Below the pieces are notes generated by a model. The model was given only the letters and a program-made list of their open reading frames with translations, had not been told where the DNA came from and did no database searches. A DNA stretch of 64,000 nt from Candidatus Staskawiczbacteria bacterium RIFOXYB1_FULL_37_44 (GTDB lineage: Bacteria > Patescibacteriota > Minisyncoccia > Minisyncoccales > Staskawiczbacteraceae): positions 6,870 through 70,869 of the forward strand of contig MHPJ01000001.1 in NCBI GenBank assembly GCA_001822065.1, written 5' to 3'. Of the stretch, positions 24,433 to 34,459 are shown piece by piece (positions within the stretch are counted from its first letter, which is position 1; the number at the start of each line of letters is the position of its first letter). Both the position numbers and the translations under genes were made by a program.

Positions 24433-25149
24433 ATGAGAAAAGTGGAAAAAAAACTTAATAGTTTTAAGGCAGTAATTTTGGCTGGCGGGCAGGGGACTCG
24501 TTTGTATCCGATAACAAGAGAAATACCAAAGCCGCTACTTCCGGTAAATAAAAAGCCGATTATTAATTATTTGGTTGATTTATTTCATTCTTACGGAGTA
24601 AAAGACATTGCCATTTTGATCAGTGAAGATCAGTTTGAGGATTTTGTCTGGTGGAAAAAACGTTATTATCCTAAAAATAATATTTTGCTGAAAAAAGAAA
24701 AGGAGCCGTTAGGAACTTTTGGCGGACTTTTTTTTCTAAAGAATTGGGTCGGGAAAAATTTGTTCTTTTTTACTAATGGAGATGAATTGAAAGAAATTAA
24801 TTTATTTAAAATGGCTGAATTCCATAAAAAAATAAATCCTATAGCTACCGTAGCATTGGTTGAAACATCAAATCCTTGCGAATACGGAGTAGCGGTTTGT
24901 GATTCGAATTTTGTAAAAGAATTTATAGAAAAACCCAAAAATCCGTTATCAAACTATGTGAATTCCGGTATTTCCTTATTTTCACCGAAAGTCTTTGATT
25001 ATCATCCTGGACCCAAATTTTTAATGTACGAAAAAGATTTATTTCCAATTTTATCGAAGGAAAAAAAATTGGCTGGTTTTAAATTCAAGGGTAAATGGAT
25101 AGACACTGGCACATGGGAGAGATACAGTAAAGCTTTAGATATGTGGTAA
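24433..25149 (+). CDS. Sugar-phosphate nucleotidyltransferase (mannose-1-P guanylyltransferase-like)
   Basis: LAGGQGTRLYP..PKPLLP, EPLGT, NGD, FIEKP, WIDTGT. Confidence 0.85.
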   Translation: MRKVEKKLNSFKAVILAGGQGTRLYPITREIPKPLLPVNKKPIINYLVDLFHSYGVKDIAILISEDQFEDFVWWKKRYYPKNNILLKKEKEPLGTFGGLFFLKNWVGKNLFFFTNGDELKEINLFKMAEFHKKINPIATVALVETSNPCEYGVAVCDSNFVKEFIEKPKNPLSNYVNSGISLFSPKVFDYHPGPKFLMYEKDLFPILSKEKKLAGFKFKGKWIDTGTWERYSKALDMW

Positions 25150-25172
25150 AATTATTTCGAAGGTGCTATAAT

Positions 25173-25221
25173 TTGACACTTTTTGACCTCTATTGACACC
25201 AATTCAATAAGGGATTATTAT
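25173..25221 (+). promoter_or_regulatory. Glycan operon promoter with three 10-bp-phased TTGAC direct repeats
   Basis: TTGAC at 25173, 25183, 25193; TTGACA(25193)-N17-TATTAT(25216). Confidence 0.7.
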
Positions 25222-25230
25222 TAAATAGTT

Positions 25231-25485
25231 ATGAATATTCCAGCTGAAATTCAACCTAAAAAAATATATACCCCCAAAGAAGCTAGGGATTTTTTAAAAG
25301 TTTCGGAAAGCACGATGAAAAGAATGCTAAAAAGAGGCATCATTAAAGCATATAAGGTTTCAGGCCAATATAGAATTTGGGGAAGCGAAATATTGGTTCT
25401 TGTATCTCCAAAACTGGAATCTGGAGTATATAAAGTTTACAAAAAAATAAGAGAAAATACGCATAAGGCTATTGAAAAATGGTAA
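25231..25485 (+). CDS. Excisionase/BldC-like (HTH_17) DNA-binding protein
   Basis: YTPKEARDFLKVSESTMKRMLKRGIIKAYKVSGQYRI. Confidence 0.85.
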   Translation: MNIPAEIQPKKIYTPKEARDFLKVSESTMKRMLKRGIIKAYKVSGQYRIWGSEILVLVSPKLESGVYKVYKKIRENTHKAIEKW

Positions 25486-25510
25486 TTTTAGCATTATTAA
25501 ATTAAGGAAA

Positions 25511-26323
25511 ATGATTGGAAAACAAAAAATAGGCATATTGGGGGTTGGCATGGTAGGGGGCTCTCTTAAAAGATATTTTGAAAAACAGGAAAATGTGGAG
25601 CTTTTTTTGTATGATAAAAAAGGATTGGGTTCTTTGGGGGATTTGAATAAGGCCGATTTTGTTTATGTGTGTCTCCCAACTCCTTATGTTTCTGAAAAAG
25701 GATGCGATACTTCTATTATAGAAGAAGGAGTAAAAAATATTTCAGGAAACAAAATTATTATAATTAAATCAACTGTTATTCCGGGCACAACAGATAAAAT
25801 GCAGGAAAAATTTCCTCAACACAAATTTTTATTTAACCCTGAATTTTTAACCGAAGCCACTGCCGACCAAGATATGTTTTTACCCGATAGGCAAATAATG
25901 GGTTACACAAAAGAAAGTTATAGTATTTCTAAAAATGTTTTACAGCAGCTTCCTTTAGCTCCGTACGAGGATATAGTGCCGGCTATAGTGGCTGAATTTA
26001 TAAAGTATGCCAATAATACATGGTTTGCCGTAAAAGTTGCAATGAACAATGAGCTGTATGACCTGGCAAAAAAAACGGGCATTTCTGAAGAAGAATGGGA
26101 AAAACTGGTATCTGGGATAGCATCTGACAAGAGAGTGGGGAGGACTCATTTAACGATAGTACATAAGGAAAAAAGAGGATATTGGGGCAAATGCTTGCCA
26201 AAAGATATAAAAGCTTTGCTGAAATTTGCTGAAGATTCCGGCGTTGAGATGCCTGTTCGTGAGGCTGCAAATAAATATAACGACAAATTATTAAACTCGC
26301 AGGGAGTTAAGGAATTTATATAA
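25511..26323 (+). CDS. UDP-glucose/GDP-mannose dehydrogenase family, short form
   Basis: GVGMVG, CLPTP, KSTVIPG, NPEFL, GKCLPKD; no C-terminal domain. Confidence 0.8.
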   Translation: MIGKQKIGILGVGMVGGSLKRYFEKQENVELFLYDKKGLGSLGDLNKADFVYVCLPTPYVSEKGCDTSIIEEGVKNISGNKIIIIKSTVIPGTTDKMQEKFPQHKFLFNPEFLTEATADQDMFLPDRQIMGYTKESYSISKNVLQQLPLAPYEDIVPAIVAEFIKYANNTWFAVKVAMNNELYDLAKKTGISEEEWEKLVSGIASDKRVGRTHLTIVHKEKRGYWGKCLPKDIKALLKFAEDSGVEMPVREAANKYNDKLLNSQGVKEFI

Positions 26324-26327
26324 ACAT

Positions 26328-27395
26328 ATGGTTGAAGAGCAAGAAAATAGGAAAAAAGCGCTTATAACTGGGATCACTGGACAAGACGGCTCATATTTAG
26401 CTGAGTTTTTGATTTATAAGGGGTATGAGGTTCATGGGATAATAAGAAGGGCGAGCACATTTAATACTCAGCGCATAGATCATATTTATCAAGATCCTCA
26501 TGCTAATAATGTCAGATTGTTTAATCATTACGGTGACTTAACGGATGCTGGAAATTTAGAAAAAATTATAAACCAAGTAAAGCCAGATGAAATATATCAT
26601 TTGGGAGCGCAATCGCATGTAAGGGTTAGTTTTGATATGCCAGAATTTACCTCAAATACTGTGGCGCTTGGAACTTTGAGGATTTTGGAGGCTATAAAGA
26701 ATTCCAGCAGGCCAATTAAATTTTATAACGCTGCTTCTTCCGAAATGTTTGGATCTTCTAATCCTCCGCAAAATGAAGAAACTATTTTTCATCCTAGGTC
26801 GCCGTATGCAGCAGCAAAAGTTTTTTCTTATGAAATAACGCGGGTTTACAGGGAATCGTATGGTATTTTTGCGTGCAACGGTATTTTGTTTAACCATGAA
26901 TCTCCGCGAAGAGGAGAAACATTTGTTACCAGAAAAATAACAAGAGCGATAGCTATAATAAAGGCCGGGTTAGATAAAAAGATATACCTGGGTAATTTAG
27001 ATGCTAAAAGGGACTGGGGATATTCTCCAGAGTATATTGAGGCAATGCACCTAATGCTTCAGCAAGACAAGCCCGCAGATTATGTAATAGGGACTGGCGA
27101 AACCCATACCGTAAAAGAATTTTTAGAGAAGGCTTTTGAATATTCAGGCTTGGGCGATTGGCAAAATTATGTTGAAATTGATCCTGCATATTTTAGACCC
27201 GCTGAAGTAGAAGTTTTGATTGCAGACGCAAAAAAATCAAAAAAAGAGCTGAGCTGGACGCCAAAGATAAAATTTGATGATTTAGTAAAAATAATGGTTG
27301 ATTCTGACATGAGGGCATTAAAATTAACTCCACCCGGAGAAGGAGACAAAATATTAAAAGAAAAATTCTCCGAAAAATGGTGGAGAGTTGATTAA
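26328..27395 (+). CDS. gmd: GDP-mannose 4,6-dehydratase
   Basis: [40 protein letters not shown]. Confidence 0.95.
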   Translation: MVEEQENRKKALITGITGQDGSYLAEFLIYKGYEVHGIIRRASTFNTQRIDHIYQDPHANNVRLFNHYGDLTDAGNLEKIINQVKPDEIYHLGAQSHVRVSFDMPEFTSNTVALGTLRILEAIKNSSRPIKFYNAASSEMFGSSNPPQNEETIFHPRSPYAAAKVFSYEITRVYRESYGIFACNGILFNHESPRRGETFVTRKITRAIAIIKAGLDKKIYLGNLDAKRDWGYSPEYIEAMHLMLQQDKPADYVIGTGETHTVKEFLEKAFEYSGLGDWQNYVEIDPAYFRPAEVEVLIADAKKSKKELSWTPKIKFDDLVKIMVDSDMRALKLTPPGEGDKILKEKFSEKWWRVD

Positions 27396-27397
27396 CT

Positions 27398-28345
27398 ATG
27401 ATTGACCTTAAAACAAAAAAAATTTTAATAACCGGAGCCAACGGATTTGTGGGCAAGCATTTGGTCCAAAACTTATTGGAACTGAAAAATGTTTCGCTAA
27501 ATAATTTGTACACGCCGGATTTCAAGGAATTAGATTTAAGAAAATGGGAGGATTGCCAGAAAGCTGTGCAAGGCAAGGATGTTGTTATACATTTGGCCGC
27601 CAAAGTGGGCGGAATAGGTTTAAACAGGGAAATACCGGGAGAAATGTTTTATGACAATATTATAATGGGTACGCAATTAATGGAGGCTGCGCGACAAGCG
27701 AAGGTGGAAAAGTTTGTGGCTTTAGGTACAATATGCGCTTATCCCAAATTTACGCCCCTGCCCTTTAAGGAAGAATATTTGTGGTCAGGGTATCCCGAAG
27801 AAACTAATGCTCCTTATGGGTTGGCTAAAAAAATGTTATTAGTGCAAGCTCAATCCTACAGGCGGCAATACGGATTTAATGCCATTTATTTATTGCCCGT
27901 TAATATGTATGGTCCCGGAGACAATTTTGACCCCAAAAAATCGCATGTCATTGCAGCCCTTATCAAAAAAATCTACGAAGCGAAAAAGGATAATAAAAAA
28001 TATATTGAAGTTTGGGGTTCGGGCTCTGCAACAAGAGAGTTTCTTTATGTCGAAGACGGAGTGGAGGGAATTATTTTGGCTGCTGAAAAATATGACAAGC
28101 CAGATCCGATAAATTTGGGTTCTGGCGCAGATATTTCAATAAACGATTTAGCGGTTTTGATCTGCAAATTGATGGATTTCAAAGGAGAAATTCGTTGGGA
28201 CAAATCAAAACCGGACGGTCAGCCAAAGCGCCTTTTAGAAGTTTCTAAAGCCCAGAAAGAATTCGGCTTTAAATCAAAGACTAACTTAAGAGAAGGATTG
28301 CAGAAAACAGTCAAATTTTATTTGGAAAATGAAAACAAACAATAA
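27398..28345 (+). CDS. fcl: GDP-L-fucose synthase
   Basis: AAKVGGI, CAYPK, YGLAK, NMYGPGDNF, SHV, REFLYV, KPDGQ. Confidence 0.92.
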   Translation: MIDLKTKKILITGANGFVGKHLVQNLLELKNVSLNNLYTPDFKELDLRKWEDCQKAVQGKDVVIHLAAKVGGIGLNREIPGEMFYDNIIMGTQLMEAARQAKVEKFVALGTICAYPKFTPLPFKEEYLWSGYPEETNAPYGLAKKMLLVQAQSYRRQYGFNAIYLLPVNMYGPGDNFDPKKSHVIAALIKKIYEAKKDNKKYIEVWGSGSATREFLYVEDGVEGIILAAEKYDKPDPINLGSGADISINDLAVLICKLMDFKGEIRWDKSKPDGQPKRLLEVSKAQKEFGFKSKTNLREGLQKTVKFYLENENKQ

Positions 28346-29810
28346 AATTTTACAATTTAAATCTTTGCTTTGGGGAAACAAAACCGTAAAGCAGACAATA
28401 TTCAAAAATAGTTTTTGGTTGATATTTGCAGAGGGAATTAATAAGGTTGTAAAACTTTTTTTACTTATCTATATTGCTAAAATTTTCGGACCATTGGAAT
28501 ACGGCAAATTCAGTTTTGCCCTTGCCTTTATAGGTCTGTTTGCAATTTTCCCTAATTTTCTTTCTCCGTCAATTATTGTAAGAGAATTTTCTGGCGATAA
28601 GGAAAAAGAGAAAGAGTTTTCTTCTGTTCTAACCTTTAGAATCATCTTTGGCATCCTGGCTTTAATTTCGATAACAATCGGCTCTTTCTTTATCACACAT
28701 GATATTTCGGTCAGGAAGTTAATTTTTATTTTAGCATTCTATATTCAAATCGACAGTCTCTCCGATTTTTTATCTTTATTCTTTCAGGCAAGACAAAGAA
28801 TGGAGTACCAATCTTTTTCTAAAATTACGAAAAGTATTTTACTTGTGGGATTTGCATTCTTTTTAATTTTTATAGATCCTTCAATTCAAAATCTAGGTTA
28901 TGGCTATTTACTTTCCAGTATTTTGGCGATGATTCTTATTTTGTTTTTTTTCCACAAAAAAATTTATCCAATATCTATAAGCTTAAATAAGAAAATATGG
29001 CAGAGATATTTCTCTCTTCTGTGGCCCGTGGCTTTAGCTGGCTTTTTTCTTTCTCTTACTGCGCAAATGGATGCAGTAATCATGGGACGTATGAATATGA
29101 TTTCTCAGATAGGATATTATAGCGCAGCCCTAAAAATATTAGCCGGGGTTTTTATTCCCTTAGCCCTGCTCAACATAGTTTTTTATCCGGCTATAAATAA
29201 GGCATTCATTGAGGGAAAAGAAAAATTTCAAAAAATTTGGGATTTCCAGATAAGCTTAATGGTTTCTTTACTCTTACCATTATTGGTTGGATGTATTGTT
29301 TTGGCGCCAAAAATTATAAATTTTATTTACGGTGGCAGTTATTCGGCATCAATTTTAGTTTTTCAAATTTTACTTTTCTCAGGAATTATTGTTTTTATAA
29401 ACAAACTTTTTAGCCAGGTTTTATATATTTTGAACAGGCAAAATATGTTTTTATGGATAAATTTAGTCGGAGCGGTAGTGAATATTGGTTTGAATCTTTT
29501 TTTAATACCGCGTTTTGGTATATATGGAGCAGCAGTAGTTAACCTGATCACTTTTTCTGTAATTTTTGTCATTACTATTGCGATTTTAAGGAAATTTATC
29601 TCAATTAGTTTTTTCGATTCCAAATTTTTTGTAACCTCGGCTATTTCAGGACTTGCATGCATTGTGATGTATTTTGCTATTTCAGTTCCCAAGGTTTATG
29701 ATTTGCACGTTGTTTTTTCAGTTTTTATAGGGATGGTTATTTATTCAACTATATTTTTTATTTCTAAATTTTTTCTTAAAAATATCGGGTTAGTAAAAGA
29801 AATTTTTTAG
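28329..29810 (+). CDS. wzx: Wzx-type polysaccharide flippase
   Basis: About 14 TM; YGKFSFA, GYYSAA, LIPRFGIYGAA. Confidence 0.85.
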   Translation: MKTNNKILQFKSLLWGNKTVKQTIFKNSFWLIFAEGINKVVKLFLLIYIAKIFGPLEYGKFSFALAFIGLFAIFPNFLSPSIIVREFSGDKEKEKEFSSVLTFRIIFGILALISITIGSFFITHDISVRKLIFILAFYIQIDSLSDFLSLFFQARQRMEYQSFSKITKSILLVGFAFFLIFIDPSIQNLGYGYLLSSILAMILILFFFHKKIYPISISLNKKIWQRYFSLLWPVALAGFFLSLTAQMDAVIMGRMNMISQIGYYSAALKILAGVFIPLALLNIVFYPAINKAFIEGKEKFQKIWDFQISLMVSLLLPLLVGCIVLAPKIINFIYGGSYSASILVFQILLFSGIIVFINKLFSQVLYILNRQNMFLWINLVGAVVNIGLNLFLIPRFGIYGAAVVNLITFSVIFVITIAILRKFISISFFDSKFFVTSAISGLACIVMYFAISVPKVYDLHVVFSVFIGMVIYSTIFFISKFFLKNIGLVKEIF

Positions 29811-29824
29811 AAAATTTAAATTTT

Positions 29825-30631
29825 ATGGCTTTATCAAATAAAACAAAAATTGGAATTGTAGGCATGGGATTTTTAGGGGGGGCGGTTAAATACTGGTTTG
29901 ACAAGCAAGAATTTCCAGCATTTTTTTACGATAAATATAAAGGGGTGGGATCTGTGGAAGAAATCAATAATGCCGAGATAATATTTATTTGCCTGCCCAC
30001 TCCTTTTTTAGAAGAAGAGAACAAAGGGTTTGATGATTCAGCCATATGGGAAACTTTAGATTTGATTGATGGGCAGAAAATTATAGTCATAAGATCTACG
30101 GTTTTGCCCGGCTCAACCGAAAAATACCAGAAAAACTTTCCGCATCATAAGTTTCTAATGAACCCGGAATTTTTAGTTGCAAAAACAGCGATACAAGATT
30201 TTATAAATCCAAACAGGCAGATAATTGGATGTACTGAGGTCAGTAAAGACGTGGCCGAAAATGTACTGAAAATTTTACCAAAAGCGCCGTTTGAAAAAAT
30301 AGTTTCGGCCACAGAAGCTGAAATGATTAAATATTTTGGAAATGTTTTTTTGGCAAACAGGTTAATTTTTGCAAACCAAATGTACGATATTTGCCAAAAA
30401 ATTGGAGCAGACTACGAAACCGTTAAGGAGTGCGCCGGATCCGACTCAAGGATAGGGCTAAGCCACTTTGATGTTCTTTGCGATGGTTATAGGGGTTATT
30501 CAGGAGCTTGCTTGCCAAAGGATACAAAGGCATTAATTCAGTTTGCCCAAAAAGTAGGAGTTGATGCAAAACTGCTAAAAACTATCGACGAGATAAATAA
30601 TAAGTTGATCGACGGAAATAATCATGATTAA
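29825..30631 (+). CDS. UDP-glucose/GDP-mannose dehydrogenase family, short form, second paralog
   Basis: GMGFLG, CLPTP, RSTVLPG, NPEFL, GACLPKD. Confidence 0.8.
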   Translation: MALSNKTKIGIVGMGFLGGAVKYWFDKQEFPAFFYDKYKGVGSVEEINNAEIIFICLPTPFLEEENKGFDDSAIWETLDLIDGQKIIVIRSTVLPGSTEKYQKNFPHHKFLMNPEFLVAKTAIQDFINPNRQIIGCTEVSKDVAENVLKILPKAPFEKIVSATEAEMIKYFGNVFLANRLIFANQMYDICQKIGADYETVKECAGSDSRIGLSHFDVLCDGYRGYSGACLPKDTKALIQFAQKVGVDAKLLKTIDEINNKLIDGNNHD

Positions 30632-31589
30632 ATCTAAAGAAAAAATTCTGGTTACGGGAGGCGCTGGTTTCATAGGGTCTCATTTATGCGAAAGGCTGTT
30701 GAGGGAAGGTTTTTCTGTTATTTGTCTTGATAATTTTAGTGATTTTTATGACCCTAAATTAAAGGAAGACAATGTAAAAGAAATGATTGGCAATAAAAAA
30801 CTCTCATTAGTGAGGGGAGACATTCTAGATAAAAATTTATTAAAAAAAATATTTTCTGCAAACAAAATTTTTAAAATTGTTCATTTGGCCGCCATACCCG
30901 GTGTGCGCCAATCCATAAAAACCCCTTTTGATTATATAGATGTCGATATTAAGGGCACAGTCAATCTTCTTGAAATGGCAAAAGAGTATAAAGTTTTTCA
31001 ATTTATATTTGGATCTTCTTCGACTGTTTACGGACAAGACTCTAAGTCGCCGTTTTCCGAAGACGAAACAAATCTCATTCCGGTTTCGCCATACGGAGTT
31101 AGTAAATTATCAGCAGAAATATTCTGCCGCACCTATAGCAAACTTTATAAAATTCCCACTACTATTCTTAGATTTTTTTGTGTTTTTGGACCAAGGGAAA
31201 GGCCCGAGCTGGTTTTACCAAAATTTGTGGCGCTGGCTGAAGCCGGAAAGGCGATTTCCCAGTATGGATCAGGAGAATCTGCCAGAGATTATACCTACAT
31301 TGACGATATTGTAGAAGGTATAATGAAAGCCGTTAAGAAAGAATTTAGTTTTGAAATATTCAATTTAGGCAATTCAAGTCCTGTAAAGTTAAAAGACTTG
31401 ATAAAAACTATTGGTGAAAAATTAAAAGTTGAATTAAAAATAGAAAATATGCCAGACCAACTTGGAGATGTGCCAATTACTTATGCAAATATTTCAAAAA
31501 GCAAAAAAATACTTGGGTGGCATCCAAAAGTTTCTTTGGGAGCTGGTGTGGATAAATTTTTAATTTGGCATAAAAATAAAAATCGTTAA
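30624..31589 (+). CDS. NAD-dependent epimerase (UDP-glucuronate 4-epimerase-like)
   Basis: TGGAGFIG, HLAAIPGVR, SSSTVYG, YGVSK, RDYTYIDD. Confidence 0.8.
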   Translation: MIKSKEKILVTGGAGFIGSHLCERLLREGFSVICLDNFSDFYDPKLKEDNVKEMIGNKKLSLVRGDILDKNLLKKIFSANKIFKIVHLAAIPGVRQSIKTPFDYIDVDIKGTVNLLEMAKEYKVFQFIFGSSSTVYGQDSKSPFSEDETNLIPVSPYGVSKLSAEIFCRTYSKLYKIPTTILRFFCVFGPRERPELVLPKFVALAEAGKAISQYGSGESARDYTYIDDIVEGIMKAVKKEFSFEIFNLGNSSPVKLKDLIKTIGEKLKVELKIENMPDQLGDVPITYANISKSKKILGWHPKVSLGAGVDKFLIWHKNKNR

Positions 31590-31598
31590 AAATAAATT

Positions 31599-32492
31599 AT
31601 GATAATAACATGCCTTATCGGAGATCCCGTCGAGCAAAGCGTGTCTCCGTATATGTACAATTATTTTGGATTTAGAGCGGGCTTGCCCTATTATTCCCAC
31701 ATAAAAATAAGGGTGCATGCGGAAAATGAAGGCAATTTGAAAAAAGCAATCCAAGCAGCTAAGTTTTTGGGTTTCGCGGGCATTAATATAACGATTCCTT
31801 ATAAAACAAAAGTTTTAAAATATTTAGATAAAATTGATAAAAAAGCTGCAGCAGCAGGAATAGTTAACGCTATAGTTAATAGAAATGGAAAGCTTGTCGG
31901 ATACAACACAGACAGCGCCGGCGCTTTGTTGGCCATAGAAAAAAGATTGAGGAAAATTAAAGCGAGCGATAAAATTTTAATTTTTGGCGCGGGGGGCGCC
32001 TCTAGGGCTGTCACGGTTGCAATTTCTACAAGGACTAAAAACATAACCCTAATAAATAGAAAAGAAGATTTTCAGCTTGCTCAGTCTCTAAGAGACGATG
32101 TCAAAAAATTAGGAATTTCAATAAATATATTACCGCTTAATGAAGAAAATATTATTCGGGAATTTGTCAGAGCAGATTTTGTTATAAATGCCACGCGCTT
32201 GGGAATGGTGCCGAATATAAAAGAAAGTATAATATCTAAATCGCAGTTTAGCAAAATCAGCAAATTAACTCCGCTAAAGAAAAAGTTATTTTTTGATGTA
32301 GTTTTTAATCCCTATACAACAGAGTTTTTAAAGATGGCAAAAAAATATAATGCGAAAACTTGCCAAGGTTTATATATGACAATTTATCAAGGGGCGGCTT
32401 CCTTTGAGCTTTGGACCGGTAAAAAGGTAAGCAAAAAAGATGTAGATTTTATTCATAAAGTTATTAAACAAAAAATGGGAATTAAAAGTTAA
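31599..32492 (+). CDS. aroE: Shikimate dehydrogenase-family protein
   Basis: GDPVEQSVSP, NITIPYK, N..GYNTD, GAGGASRA, GLYMTIYQG. Confidence 0.8.
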   Translation: MIITCLIGDPVEQSVSPYMYNYFGFRAGLPYYSHIKIRVHAENEGNLKKAIQAAKFLGFAGINITIPYKTKVLKYLDKIDKKAAAAGIVNAIVNRNGKLVGYNTDSAGALLAIEKRLRKIKASDKILIFGAGGASRAVTVAISTRTKNITLINRKEDFQLAQSLRDDVKKLGISINILPLNEENIIREFVRADFVINATRLGMVPNIKESIISKSQFSKISKLTPLKKKLFFDVVFNPYTTEFLKMAKKYNAKTCQGLYMTIYQGAASFELWTGKKVSKKDVDFIHKVIKQKMGIKS

Positions 32493-32502
32493 ACTAACAA
32501 GC

Positions 32503-33501
32503 ATGAAAAACAAAAAAATAATTTATGGGATTGTCGGGTGCGGGCGAGTTTTTCCCGTACACGTTGACGCAATTAAAAAAGATAAAAATAGCCGGTTAAA
32601 AGCGGTTTTTGATATTGACAGAAGGGCGGCCGAAAAAGCCGCAAAAAAATATAGTTGTCAGGCAAAAGGAAGTCTGGCAGAGTTGTTGTCGGATCCTGAA
32701 ATAGACGTAATTAATATTTGCACGCCCCATCATACTCATAAAAATATTATCTTAGAGGTGATTAAAGCTGGTAAATATTGCATTTGCGAAAAGCCCTTGT
32801 GCTTGAACAAAAAGGAGGGAGAAGAAATTATTAAAAGCAAGTATTATAAAAACAATGTTTTTGTAATGTTTCAGAACAGATTTAACCCAGCGATGCAATT
32901 TTTGTCTAAAGCTATAAAAGAGGACGCCTTGGGTAAAATAATACTTTGCTCGGTATCTCTCCGCTGGTGGAGAGACGATAGTTATTTTATGGATGAATGG
33001 CACGGGAGCAAGAAGAAGGTGGGAGGAATGCTATATAACCAGGCATCTCACGTGCTTGATATTATGAGAAAGATTTGCGGAGAGCCAAAAAGCGTAAAAA
33101 AAGTGGAGGCTTCTTTGCGAAAAAATATAAATATTGACGATATTTATGAGGGCAATATTGTTTTTAATAACGGTACTATTGGAAACGTTGAAGTGACCAC
33201 TTACGCAGGGTATAAGGATTGGGAAGTGTCTATGTTTGTCATTGGAGAAAAGGGTACCATAAAGATAGGCGGACTTTCAATAAATAATGTAGAATATGTA
33301 GATGTTAAAAACAAAAACTTTGCGAAAATGGCGCCTAAATATTGTGAGAAAATAAAAACAGGTTATGGCAATAGCCACCCGAGAGTTATATCCGCTTTCA
33401 GCGAATGGTTGTTAGGGGGAAAAAGACATCCTGATTTGGTTTCAGCAAAAGAAGGAGTGTTGTCAACAATGTTTTTTGAAAAATTATATAACGGCAAATA
33501 A
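32503..33501 (+). CDS. Gfo/Idh/MocA oxidoreductase (WbpB/WlbA-like)
   Basis: GCGRV, CTPHHTH, CEKP, QNRFN, NQASH. Confidence 0.85.
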   Translation: MKNKKIIYGIVGCGRVFPVHVDAIKKDKNSRLKAVFDIDRRAAEKAAKKYSCQAKGSLAELLSDPEIDVINICTPHHTHKNIILEVIKAGKYCICEKPLCLNKKEGEEIIKSKYYKNNVFVMFQNRFNPAMQFLSKAIKEDALGKIILCSVSLRWWRDDSYFMDEWHGSKKKVGGMLYNQASHVLDIMRKICGEPKSVKKVEASLRKNINIDDIYEGNIVFNNGTIGNVEVTTYAGYKDWEVSMFVIGEKGTIKIGGLSINNVEYVDVKNKNFAKMAPKYCEKIKTGYGNSHPRVISAFSEWLLGGKRHPDLVSAKEGVLSTMFFEKLYNGK

Positions 33502-33519
33502 GTAAAAAATTTAAAAACT

Positions 33520-34443
33520 ATGAAAGATATTTCTCAAAATGATATTCAAAATAATGTTCCTCTCGTAACAAGGAAAGATTTCCAGAGGGAAATTTTAGTT
33601 GGCAATAGCCAGATAGGCGGAGGAATAATTACTATTATAGCTGGCCCTTGCACAGTAGAAAGCAAAACTCAAATTTTTAAAATTGCAAAAGCTGTAAAAG
33701 AGGCCGGAGCTACAATGTTAAGAGGAGGGGTTTTCAAGCCTTTAACTTTTCCTTACGGAGATCCTTTGGGAAGGGCTGATGCCGACTCAAACGGTCCAAG
33801 CAGAGATAGAAAGGAAATTTTAAGTAAAAAAGAACTTTTTGAAAATGCAGAAAAAAGGCTATCTTATTTAAAGGAAGCGGGCGAAAAATACGGATTGCCT
33901 GTGATTTCGGAAATTCTTTATGCTGATTCTGTGAAAATGATGGAAAAATATGTTGATATGTTTCAGGTTGGATATCGCCACATGTTTAACATGGATTTAA
34001 TAGAGGCGCTTTCCAAAACAGAAAAACCAATACTATTAAAAAGACATTATGGCGAAAGTTTAAGATCGCTTTTGGGAGTTGCAGAACATTACGAAGCCCG
34101 TGGAAAACATAATTTTGTTTTTTGCGAAAGAGGCGTTTCGGTACCCCATACCCATAATGTTGAATCTAGAGCGATAATTGATATACAAGCAATCATTGCT
34201 TTAAAGGAATATGCCCCAAGCGTGCCGGTAATAGTTGATCCTAGCCATGCTACTTTTAAAAGAAGTTATGTTGCTGGAGTTTCGAGGGCGGCAATTGCCG
34301 CTGGAGCCGACGGGCTTTTGATTGAGGTTCATCCAGATCCAGAAAATGCATGGGTTGACCCTTTGATGTCATTGGATTTTAATTCTTTTGCAAAACTTGT
34401 TAAAGAAATTGAAGAAATCGCGAAGATTTTAGAAAAAAAATAA
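33520..34443 (+). CDS. Type I-beta DAHP/KDO8P synthase-family aldolase with divergent motifs
   Basis: [39 protein letters not shown]; no N-terminal regulatory domain. Confidence 0.8.
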   Translation: MKDISQNDIQNNVPLVTRKDFQREILVGNSQIGGGIITIIAGPCTVESKTQIFKIAKAVKEAGATMLRGGVFKPLTFPYGDPLGRADADSNGPSRDRKEILSKKELFENAEKRLSYLKEAGEKYGLPVISEILYADSVKMMEKYVDMFQVGYRHMFNMDLIEALSKTEKPILLKRHYGESLRSLLGVAEHYEARGKHNFVFCERGVSVPHTHNVESRAIIDIQAIIALKEYAPSVPVIVDPSHATFKRSYVAGVSRAAIAAGADGLLIEVHPDPENAWVDPLMSLDFNSFAKLVKEIEEIAKILEKK

Positions 34444-34459
34444 ACCTGACGACCAACAC

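Noticed and set aside
25231..25485. Prophage or ICE excisionase
   Set aside because: No integrase, att-like repeats or phage genes nearby; it is the first gene of a glycan operon.
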